A stretch of 29,780 nucleotides of DNA from Gaiellaceae bacterium (GTDB lineage: Bacteria; Actinomycetota; Thermoleophilia; Gaiellales; Gaiellaceae), in assembly GCA_035689945.1 (NCBI GenBank), contig DASSLB010000165.1:1-29780 (forward strand). The letters run 5' to 3'. A program made the translations under genes and the position numbers. The notes under the pieces were generated by a model that saw only the letters and a list, made by a program, of their open reading frames with translations, ran no database searches and was not told the DNA's origin. This document shows positions 7,740-15,363 of this stretch, piece by piece; the first letter of the stretch is position 1, and every line of letters starts with the position of its first letter.

Positions 7740-8778
7740 CCGCGATTTCTTCCGCTGCGTTGGGTTTCGCGACCGCGCGCATCGCGACAGCCATCGCCGC
7801 ACGGCGATCGGCGTCGCCGAGCAGCTCCTCGACCGCCTGCGGCGCGCGGACCGCCTCTGTCTCGGGTATCACGACCGCGCCGCCGGCGTCGGCGAACCAG
7901 CGCGCATTCTTGTCCTGGTGATTTCCGGTCGCGAACGCGCCGGGAACGAGCACCGCGGGCAGTCCTGCGGCGGCGAGCTCCCAGATGGAGCCACCGGCCC
8001 GCGCCAGAGCGATGTCCGACGCGCCGTAGGCCACGCCGATCTCGTCGATGAACGGCCGGAGGATGTAGTCCCGGCGCCTGACGCGGTCGCGCAGCTCGGG
8101 GTAGTCGCGCTCGCCGCAAAGGTGGATGACGGCCGGCCCCGCGTCGGCCCAAGCGTCGAGCGCGAGGTCGTTGAGCAGCCGCGCGCCGAGCGATCCGCCG
8201 AAGACGAGAACGACGCGCGCGTTCTCGTCCAGCCCGAATCGGCTGCGTGCTTCGCCCCGGTCAATCGCATTGGAAGCAGCCGGAATCGGCCTGCCGACCG
8301 CGCGGTACTTCTCGCCATGCAGTCCGAGGGGGAGCGCGAGGAAGACGCGCTCCGCGAGGGGCGCAGCGAGCCGGTTCGCGAGCCCGAGATGTGCGTCCGC
8401 CTCGGTGAGCGCGCACGGTATGTGGCTCAGGCGCGCGGCAAGCACCATCGGCCCCGCGACGTAGCCACCCGCGCCGAGGACTGCGTCGGGCCTGCGGCGG
8501 CGGAGGATGCGAAGGCATGCGAGCGGTGCGGCGAGTGCCTGGGACGCCGCACGCACGAGCTGGGCTCCGGGCCGTCGCGGCAGTCCGGAGACGGCGAATG
8601 CGTCGAACTCGTAGCCGAGCTCAGGAACGAGCCGCGCCTCGACGCGATCCGGCGACCCTGCGAACGTCACCTGCCCGCCTCGGCGCCGGAGCGCTTCGGC
8701 GACGGCCAGCGCCGGCGCGACGTGTCCGACCGTCCCTCCCGCCGCGATCAGGAACCGCAACTGCCGTTCGTCCTCCAT
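7705..8778 (-). CDS. murG: Undecaprenyl-PP-MurNAc-pentapeptide GlcNAc transferase (357 aa)
   Basis: GGTVGH, GAGGYVAGP, FGGSLGA, ARAGGS, HQDKNA. Start re-called to ATG 8778. Confidence 0.96.
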   Translation of the reverse strand: MEDERQLRFLIAAGGTVGHVAPALAVAEALRRRGGQVTFAGSPDRVEARLVPELGYEFDAFAVSGLPRRPGAQLVRAASQALAAPLACLRILRRRRPDAVLGAGGYVAGPMVLAARLSHIPCALTEADAHLGLANRLAAPLAERVFLALPLGLHGEKYRAVGRPIPAASNAIDRGEARSRFGLDENARVVLVFGGSLGARLLNDLALDAWADAGPAVIHLCGERDYPELRDRVRRRDYILRPFIDEIGVAYGASDIALARAGGSIWELAAAGLPAVLVPGAFATGNHQDKNARWFADAGGAVVIPETEAVRAPQAVEELLGDADRRAAMAVAMRAVAKPNAAEEIADELVSLAVARR

Positions 8779-9865
8779 TACGCGCGATGTTAAGGAGGAC
8801 ACCGACTGCAGCGAGCATCACCACGAGGCTGGAGCCGCCGTACGAGACAAACGGGAGCGGGATCCCCGTCAGTGGCGCGACGCCGATCGCGGCGGCCATA
8901 TTGATCGCAGCCTGGCCGCAGACGAGCGCCGTGATCCCCGCTGCGAGCCGCTTCGCGAACGGATCGCGGCTCGCGATCGCGAGCCGCACGCCCGCGTAGG
9001 CGAAGGCGCCGAAGGCCATGAGTACGAGCGTCACGCCGACGAGGCCCAGCTCCTCGCCGATCACCGCGAAGATCATGTCGGTGTGCGCCTCCGGCAGGTA
9101 GTAGAGCGGCTCGATCCCCTGCCCCAGCCCGCGCCCGAAGACCCCGCCGGAGCCGAGGCTGATCAACGCCTGCACGTTCTGGAGGCCGGCGCCTGTCGGA
9201 TCCTTCCAGGGGTCGAGGAACGTGAGCAGCCGGTCGCGCCGGTACGGCGACGTCCAGGCTGCAACGGCGGCCAGCCCGAACACGAGGCTGTACGCCGACC
9301 CGAGCAGCGTGAGCCGCGTTCCGGAGACGAGCAGAATCGCGCCGACGACGAGGAGGATCGTCAGCGCCGTACCGAGGTCCGGCTCGACGAGTACGAGCCC
9401 GGCGAAAGCGAGTACGAGGATTCCGATCGGCCGGCCGAGCTCCTTCAGCGTGCGGGGCGGCCGGCGACGGGAGAGGTACGCGGCCGTCCAGACCACGAGC
9501 GCGAGCTTCGCGAGCTCCGAGGGCTGGAAGGCGAGCGGTCCGAGGTCGATCCAGCGGCGCGCCCCGTTGATCCTCGCTCCGACAGCGAGTACGGCCAGGC
9601 AGAGGAAGAGGGCACTCACGATGAGCGTCGGCGCGAGCTGGCGGATCCGCTCTAGCTGGACGCGCGAGATGACGACGAGCAGCCCTACGCCGATGATCGC
9701 GTAGGCGACCTGCCGCTCGACGTAGCCGAACGGGTTGGCGTCGCCGAGCGCGGCAGATCCCGAGGTCGCGCTGTACACCATCACGACGCCGAAGAGGACA
9801 AGCGCGGCCGTGACCAGCACGAGCAGGTTCCACTCGAACTGCAGCCGCTTCGGACGACTGGTCAA
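8621..9865 (-). CDS. ftsW: SEDS peptidoglycan polymerase FtsW, with an Arg-rich tail overlapping murG
   Basis: GARRWI, FQPSELAKL, EPDLGT, YLPEAHTDMIFAVIGEELG, GIPLPFVSYGGSS. TTG start overlaps the murD stop (TTGA). Confidence 0.96.
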   Translation of the reverse strand: MTSRPKRLQFEWNLLVLVTAALVLFGVVMVYSATSGSAALGDANPFGYVERQVAYAIIGVGLLVVISRVQLERIRQLAPTLIVSALFLCLAVLAVGARINGARRWIDLGPLAFQPSELAKLALVVWTAAYLSRRRPPRTLKELGRPIGILVLAFAGLVLVEPDLGTALTILLVVGAILLVSGTRLTLLGSAYSLVFGLAAVAAWTSPYRRDRLLTFLDPWKDPTGAGLQNVQALISLGSGGVFGRGLGQGIEPLYYLPEAHTDMIFAVIGEELGLVGVTLVLMAFGAFAYAGVRLAIASRDPFAKRLAAGITALVCGQAAINMAAAIGVAPLTGIPLPFVSYGGSSLVVMLAAVGVLLNIARNGGRTAVAVPDRGGRDGRTRRAGAGRRRSAPAPRRAGDVRRVAGSRRGAARS

Positions 9866-11133
9866 GCAAGCTCCTCCACCAGGCGGCGGAACGCGTCGCC
9901 CCGCTCCTCGAAGTTCGCGAACTGGTCGAAGCTGGCGCAGGCCGGCGAGAGCAAGACGATGTCTCCCGGCTCGGCCTCGGTTGCGGCGCTGGCGACGGCG
10001 GTTTGGAGGTCACCGGCGCGGACGTACACACGGCGGGCGGCATCGAGCGCTGTCGCGAGCTCGTCGGTCGCAGCGCCGATGAGATAGATCGAGCGGACGT
10101 TCTGCGGGAGGTCGCGGGCGAACGGCCCGAAGTCCTCGCCCTTGAGCGAGCCGCCGAGGATCAGGCGAAGCGGCACGTCATAGGCGGCCACGCCGCGTCG
10201 CGCGGCGGCGGTGTTCGTCGCCTTCGAGTCGTTGACCCAGCGCACTCCCCGGAGCTCACGGACGAGCTCGAGCCGGTGCGGTACCCCGGGAAACATGCGC
10301 AGTGCGTGCGCGATCGCGTCGTCGGACACCCCGGCGGCGCGGGCCGCTGCGGTCGCGGCGGCGGCGTTCTCCCGGTTGTGACGGCCGGGGATCAGCGGTT
10401 CCGCGGGCAGCGGGTCGTCGGCCGAGAACTCGATCCCCTCGATCCCGAAACCGCGCGGGACGACCTTCGCGCGCGCACGCTCGAAGATGCGGAGCTTCGC
10501 GGAGCGGTAGGCGTCGAACGTCCCGTGCCGGTCGAGATGATCCGGCTCGAGGTTGAGGAGAACGGCGACGTCGCAGAAGAGCGTGTGGACGTCCTCGAGC
10601 TGGAAGCTCGAGAGCTCGCAGACGACCCACGAGTTCTCCGCGGCGACCGCCGCTGCGTCGGTGAGCGCGCGCCCGACATTGCCGGCGACCTCGACGGAGC
10701 GGTCGGCTGCGCGAAGGATCGCACCGAGCAGCTCCGTCGTCGTCGTCTTGCCGTTCGTGCCGGTGACGCCGATGAGCCGCGCACCCGCTGGAAGCAGGCG
10801 ATAGCCGAGCTCGACCTCGCTCCAGAGCGGGATTCGAGCGGCGCGCGCGGACGCGACGAGCGGTGACTCCTCGGGTACCCCCGGGCTCTTGACCACGAGA
10901 TCCACCCCTGCCAGCAATGCCTCCTCCTCCGTTCCGAGTCGAAGTTCGACACCGAGGTCGCCGAGCCTGCCGGCGTCTGCATCGGGAGAGCGGTCGGCCA
11001 CGACGACGTGCACGCCGTGGCGCGCGAGCGCAGCTGCGGCCGCCCGACCCGACCGGGCGAGCCCGAGAACGAGCGCGCGCCGAGGCAGCCATGCCTCGTC
11101 GGGAGACGGCTCGTCGGGACGTGCCCCGTTCAC
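9862..11133 (-). CDS. murD: UDP-MurNAc-L-Ala--D-glutamate ligase (423 aa)
   Basis: VLGLARSG, GVTGTNGKTTT, ELSSFQLE, PDHLDRH, GVPHRLE, NDSKATN, LLSPACASFDQF. SD GGAG 8 nt before the GTG. Confidence 0.97.
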   Translation of the reverse strand: MNGARPDEPSPDEAWLPRRALVLGLARSGRAAAAALARHGVHVVVADRSPDADAGRLGDLGVELRLGTEEEALLAGVDLVVKSPGVPEESPLVASARAARIPLWSEVELGYRLLPAGARLIGVTGTNGKTTTTELLGAILRAADRSVEVAGNVGRALTDAAAVAAENSWVVCELSSFQLEDVHTLFCDVAVLLNLEPDHLDRHGTFDAYRSAKLRIFERARAKVVPRGFGIEGIEFSADDPLPAEPLIPGRHNRENAAAATAAARAAGVSDDAIAHALRMFPGVPHRLELVRELRGVRWVNDSKATNTAAARRGVAAYDVPLRLILGGSLKGEDFGPFARDLPQNVRSIYLIGAATDELATALDAARRVYVRAGDLQTAVASAATEAEPGDIVLLSPACASFDQFANFEERGDAFRRLVEELA

Positions 11134-11137
11134 GACG

Positions 11138-11252
11138 AACGCTCCCCCCGAGTGGGGGGCGCGAGTCCCCTGAGGTCAGCGTAGGCGCTGAGAAGTAACG
11201 GCATGTTGGAGCGTTGTTCGAGGATGGGATACGGATTCGGCGTCCGGCTCCC
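11138..11252 (-). promoter_or_regulatory. Structured leader upstream of murD, with hairpins that sequester the SD
   Basis: Hairpins at 11226-11252 (4+4 bp), 11176-11191 (UCAGCG/CGCUGA) and 11144-11159 (C6/G6), plus an 8-nt complement AACGCUCC (11215-11208) to GGAGCGUU (11145-11138). Confidence 0.4.
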
Positions 11253-11258
11253 GCTTCC

Positions 11259-11726
11259 TCAGCCGAGTCGGCCGCTCACCACTGCCTCGTCGCCGGCGTA
11301 TGTCACCTCTACGTCCCCGAACCCCGCCGCACTGAGTGAGCGTGCCAGCTCCTCCCCCGAGTCCGGCTCCGCGAACGCCACTCGTCCCCCGGGCGCCACC
11401 ACCCGGGCGAGCTCCTCGGCCGCCGCATCCAGCGCGCCGTCCTCCGTGGCGATGCGCCCGAACGCCGCCGCGACGGCATCGTCCGGGAGCGGGAGCACGG
11501 GCGCTGTCCCGACGAGGTATGCCACCCCGCTCGCCCCCACGGCGTGCGCTTCTTCGAGAAGCTCCTCGAGCTCGTCGACCTGCGACCGCACGACGTAGAC
11601 CCAGCCGTCTCCGACCCGCTCGTGCGCGGCCAGCGCGAGCGAGCCGCCGCCCAGCACGAGCACATTCTCCTCGGGCTCCAGCCGTACGGCGTCGATCAGC
11701 GCCTGCTCCGTCGAGCCGACGCTCAT
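11259..11726 (-). CDS. Class I SAM-methyltransferase-fold protein with eroded SAM-binding motifs (155 aa)
   Basis: ATG 11726 overlaps the mraY stop. Fold signatures remain (VLVLGGG, LPLPDDAV, EELARVVAPGGRVAFAEP), but the canonical acidic residues are missing. Confidence 0.7.
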   Translation of the reverse strand: MSVGSTEQALIDAVRLEPEENVLVLGGGSLALAAHERVGDGWVYVVRSQVDELEELLEEAHAVGASGVAYLVGTAPVLPLPDDAVAAAFGRIATEDGALDAAAEELARVVAPGGRVAFAEPDSGEELARSLSAAGFGDVEVTYAGDEAVVSGRLG

Positions 11727-12733
11727 CGCTGCCCGAAGTAGTAGCGGTAGTAGAAGGCGAAGCCCAACGCGCACAGCAGTCCCGCGACGATCCAGAAGCG
11801 CACGGTGATCTTGGTCTCGGACCACGCCTTCATCTCGAAGTGGTGGTGGATCGGCGCCATGAGGAAGACGCGTCGCCCGAAGCGTTTGAACGAGAACACC
11901 TGGATCATCACCGACAGCGCCTCGATCACGAAGATGCCGCCCAGCAGGAGCAGCAGCACCTCGACCTTCATCATGATCGCGAACGCCGCGAGCGCCCCGC
12001 CGAACGCCATCGAACCGGTGTCTCCCATCTGCACCTCGGCCGGGAAGGCGTTGAACCAGAGGAAGCCGACCGCGGCGCCGATCAGCGCCGCGCCGGCGAT
12101 CGCAAGGTCGAGCTTCGTCAGGTTGCGGTGCGAGGGGATGTTGCTCGAGCGGACGTACGAGACGATGTTCATCGCCATGAAGGTGAAGAGGGCGATGATC
12201 CCCGTCCCGGCGAGAAGCCCGTCGACGCCGTCGGCGAGGTTCGTCCCGTTCGAGGCGCCGGCGATCACGAAGAAGAGGAAGCCGTACCAGGCGTACGACA
12301 GCGGGACGGTGACGTCGACCAGCGGGATGTAGACGTCCGTGCTCAGGTGGAGGTGCCGCGCAACGACCGCGACGACGACCGTGACGAGCCCGAGGAGCAG
12401 GAGCTTCCAGCGTCCCGGCAGGCCGAGCGACCGCTTGTGCGTGAGCTTGATGAAGTCGTCGAGGAAGCCGATCGCTCCGCAGGCGAGCGCCGTGAACAGC
12501 ACGGCCAGGGACTGGAGCCGGAAATGGCTGACGGGCAAGAACGCGACCGTCGCCGCGAAGAGGATCAGGAGGCCACCCATCGTCGGCGTCCCCTGCTTGG
12601 CGATGTGGTGCCGCGGGCCCTCCTCGCGAATGTGCTGGCCGAAGTCGTGGCGGCGGAGGAACTCGATGAACCTCGGCCCGATGCCGATAGAGATGGCGAG
12701 CGCGATCGCCGCCGCGATGACGACGCGGATCAC
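11723..12733 (-). CDS. mraY: Phospho-N-acetylmuramoyl-pentapeptide transferase (336 aa)
   Basis: KQGTPTMGG, GFLDDFIK, NGTNLADGVDGL, FLWFNAFPA, MGDTGS, MAPIHHHFE. GTG 12733 overlaps the murF stop. Confidence 0.98.
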   Translation of the reverse strand: MIRVVIAAAIALAISIGIGPRFIEFLRRHDFGQHIREEGPRHHIAKQGTPTMGGLLILFAATVAFLPVSHFRLQSLAVLFTALACGAIGFLDDFIKLTHKRSLGLPGRWKLLLLGLVTVVVAVVARHLHLSTDVYIPLVDVTVPLSYAWYGFLFFVIAGASNGTNLADGVDGLLAGTGIIALFTFMAMNIVSYVRSSNIPSHRNLTKLDLAIAGAALIGAAVGFLWFNAFPAEVQMGDTGSMAFGGALAAFAIMMKVEVLLLLLGGIFVIEALSVMIQVFSFKRFGRRVFLMAPIHHHFEMKAWSETKITVRFWIVAGLLCALGFAFYYRYYFGQR

Positions 12734-13965
12734 GGCCGTGGCTCCGCGAGCGCCTCGGCCACGACCTCGAGCCCAACCGAGCGCGAGCCCTTCACGAGGA
12801 TCGCGTCTCCTGGTCGCACGAGTCGGAGCGCGACGTCCATCGCTTCGGCCGCGGTGGCCACCCACTCGTCCGGCTCGTAGCCGCGGGCAAGCTCGCCCAC
12901 GCCGAGCACGACGTCGATCGCGGCCGCGTCCTCCCCAATCTCCCGGTGGTAGCGGGAGGCATCCGAGCCGAGCTCCGCCATGTCGCCAAGAATCGCAACT
13001 GTGCGACGTCCACCGGAGCGCTCGCGGAGATGTGCCAGTGCCGCGCGCATCGCGAGCGGATTCGCGTTCCAGGCGTCGTTGATGAGGAGCCCACCGCCCG
13101 GTAGCTCGGACTCCTGCGAGCGCCAGCGCGAGAAGACGACCTCGACCGGCTCCTGCGGCGGCTCGACGCCGAGCGCCTCGGCCGTGGTCAACGCCGCCGC
13201 GGCGTTCGCAGCCTGGTGACGCGCCGCGAAACCGAAGACGACGTCGCGGCCCTGCCAGCGCACGTACGTGCAGCCGTCGCGGACTTCCGCGTCCGGCGCC
13301 GCGAAGCGGCGCACGTCGAGACCCTCCGGTACGAAAGGCTCCAGCTCCGGCACATCGTCGGGGAGGATCGCAATCGCACCGGTCGGCAACTCCTCGAGAA
13401 GCTCCGCCTTGGCGCGGGCGACGTTCTCGAGGCTTCCGAGCGCCTCGAGGTGAACCGGAGCGATCGACGTGATCACGCCGATATGCGGACGCGCGATGCG
13501 GGCGAGATCGCGGATCTGGCCCGATCCGCGCATGGCCATCTCGGTCACCAAGACTTCCGTATCCTCCTCGAGCCGACAAAGCGTGAGCGGAAGGCCGATC
13601 TCGTTGTTGAAGCCGTCCTCGGCCGCAACCATGCGCAGGTGAGGGCGCAGAAGCGCAGCGAGGATGTCCTTGGTCGACGTCTTCCCGACCGAGCCGGTGA
13701 TCGCCACGATCCGAGCATCGCTGCGCGCGCGGACGGCGCTTCCCAGCGCGGCGAGAGCCGCGAAGGCGTCGTCCGGGACGAGCGTCGCCGCGGCTCCGTG
13801 GGCGCGAGCGTCGTCGAGAAACGCCTCGCCCCCCGAGACAGCGATGAACAACTCCCCGGGCCGGATCCGGCGCGAGTCGACCTGGACGCCGGTGATCTCG
13901 TCCGCGTCGCCCTCGAGTCGCCCAAGCGAGAGCGCCCGCACCTCGGCGAGCGACAGGGAGATCAG
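12730..13965 (-). CDS. murF: UDP-MurNAc-tripeptide--D-Ala-D-Ala ligase (411 aa; probable CTG start)
   Basis: DSRRIRPGELF, ITGSVGKTSTKD, NNEIGLPLTL, NDAWNANP, LGDMAELG, LVKGSRSVGLE. Start is CTG 13965 (overlaps the murE TGA; SD GGAG 8 nt upstream) or GTG 13941. Confidence 0.95.
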   Translation of the reverse strand: MISLSLAEVRALSLGRLEGDADEITGVQVDSRRIRPGELFIAVSGGEAFLDDARAHGAAATLVPDDAFAALAALGSAVRARSDARIVAITGSVGKTSTKDILAALLRPHLRMVAAEDGFNNEIGLPLTLCRLEEDTEVLVTEMAMRGSGQIRDLARIARPHIGVITSIAPVHLEALGSLENVARAKAELLEELPTGAIAILPDDVPELEPFVPEGLDVRRFAAPDAEVRDGCTYVRWQGRDVVFGFAARHQAANAAAALTTAEALGVEPPQEPVEVVFSRWRSQESELPGGGLLINDAWNANPLAMRAALAHLRERSGGRRTVAILGDMAELGSDASRYHREIGEDAAAIDVVLGVGELARGYEPDEWVATAAEAMDVALRLVRPGDAILVKGSRSVGLEVVAEALAEPRP

Positions 13966-15347
13966 GTGTTCGTCTCCAACATCGCCTTCAGCGCCTCCTT
14001 GGCTGCCTCGCGGTCGTCGAACGTGACCGTTCGATCCGCGAACTCCTGGCCCTGCTCGGCGCCCTTCCCCGCGATGAGCACCACGTCGCCCGGCCGGGCC
14101 AGCCCGATCGCCCGCGCGATCGCCGCTGCGCGGTCCAGCTCGACCTCGGCCGCTCCGTTCGCTCCCGCCATGATCTCGGCCGCGATCGCCTCCGGATCCT
14201 CGCTGCGCGGGTTGTCGGAGGTCACGATCGCCACATCGGCGAGCTCTGACGCCAGACGTCCCATCGGGGCCCGCTTCGCCCGATCCCGGTTGCCGCCCGC
14301 GCCGACGACGCAGATCACGCGCTTGCCGTCGGCGAGCTCGCGCGCCGCGCGGAGCACGTTGGCGAGCGCATCCGGCTTGTGCGCGTAGTCGACGATGACG
14401 TGGAACGGCTGGCCCGCGTCCACCGATTCGAAGCGGCCCGGCACGCCGCGGACAGACTCGAGCCCGCGCTTGATCGCGTCGTCGCCGATGCCGAGAGCAC
14501 GGGCCGCGCACAGCGCGCCGAGAGCGTTCTCGACGTTGAAGCGCCCGCGGAGCCGTAGCTCGATCCCGTCGAGCGAGGCCGCCTCGTCCGCGCTGAACGT
14601 GACCGCGTCGGGGAGCTCCCGTGCCAGCCGCCGGCCGTGCTCGTCGCCGATGTTGACGATCGCGAGCGGCCGCGGCTCGGCGAAGAACAGGCGCCGCTTC
14701 GCCTCGAAGTACGACTCGAGGTCGCCGTGGAAATCGAGGTGGTCGTGGCTGAGGTTCGTGAAGACGAGCGCGGCGAAGCGCACTCGGTCGAGACGGTGAA
14801 GGACGGATGCGTGAGACGACGCCTCCATTGCGCACGAGCGATCGCCCGCGTCGAGCATCTCCCGAAAGAGCCTCTGTAGATCGATTGCCTCTGGCGTCGT
14901 CCGCACGACGCCTCGCCGCTCGCCGCCGACTCGCGCCTCCACGGTCCCCAACAGCCCGGGGCGCCGGCCCGCGGCTGCCAGGATCGCGAAGAGGAGGAAG
15001 CTCGTCGTGGTCTTGCCGCTCGTGCCGGTGACGCCGACGACCTCGAGCTCGCGTGTCGGCTCGCCGAAGAAGACGTCCGCCGCGGGCGCCATCGCGGCAC
15101 GGGAGTCCGCGACGACGATCTGTGGCACCGGCAGGTCGAGCCGGCGCTCCACGACGAGCCCGACCGCACCCGCCCCGACCGCAACGGCTGCGAAGTCGTG
15201 ACCGTCGACGCGCTCGCCCGGGACCGCGAAGAACAAGATCCCGGGCGTGACGGCGCGGGCGTCGTACGCGAGATCCCGTACCTCGACCGCAGGGCTCCCG
15301 ACCACCTCCAACGGCTCGAGCGCTGTGACGAGGCGCTCCAGGTCCAT
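13962..15347 (-). CDS. murE: UDP-MurNAc-dipeptide--diamino acid ligase, DAP-type specificity motif (461 aa)
   Basis: GVTGTSGKTTT, TTPEA, MEASSH, FTNLSHDHLDFHG, VPGRFE, DYAHKPD, TSDNPRSE (the DNPR motif indicates diaminopimelate). Start re-called to ATG 15347. Confidence 0.97.
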   Translation of the reverse strand: MDLERLVTALEPLEVVGSPAVEVRDLAYDARAVTPGILFFAVPGERVDGHDFAAVAVGAGAVGLVVERRLDLPVPQIVVADSRAAMAPAADVFFGEPTRELEVVGVTGTSGKTTTSFLLFAILAAAGRRPGLLGTVEARVGGERRGVVRTTPEAIDLQRLFREMLDAGDRSCAMEASSHASVLHRLDRVRFAALVFTNLSHDHLDFHGDLESYFEAKRRLFFAEPRPLAIVNIGDEHGRRLARELPDAVTFSADEAASLDGIELRLRGRFNVENALGALCAARALGIGDDAIKRGLESVRGVPGRFESVDAGQPFHVIVDYAHKPDALANVLRAARELADGKRVICVVGAGGNRDRAKRAPMGRLASELADVAIVTSDNPRSEDPEAIAAEIMAGANGAAEVELDRAAAIARAIGLARPGDVVLIAGKGAEQGQEFADRTVTFDDREAAKEALKAMLETNT

Positions 15348-15363
15348 CCGGCAGAATCTACTC
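15348..15363. promoter_or_regulatory. 16-bp divergent gap with overlapping candidate -10 boxes for leaderless murE and MFS
   Basis: Minus strand: TAGATT (15360-15355) 7 nt before the murE ATG. Plus strand: CAGAAT (15352-15357) 6 nt before GTG 15364. Confidence 0.55.

Noticed and set aside
11208-11216. GGAGCGTTG, resembling the SAH riboswitch core
   Set aside because: It is on the strand opposite the genes, and the downstream CAGGCUC and AACGxCGCUC elements are missing.
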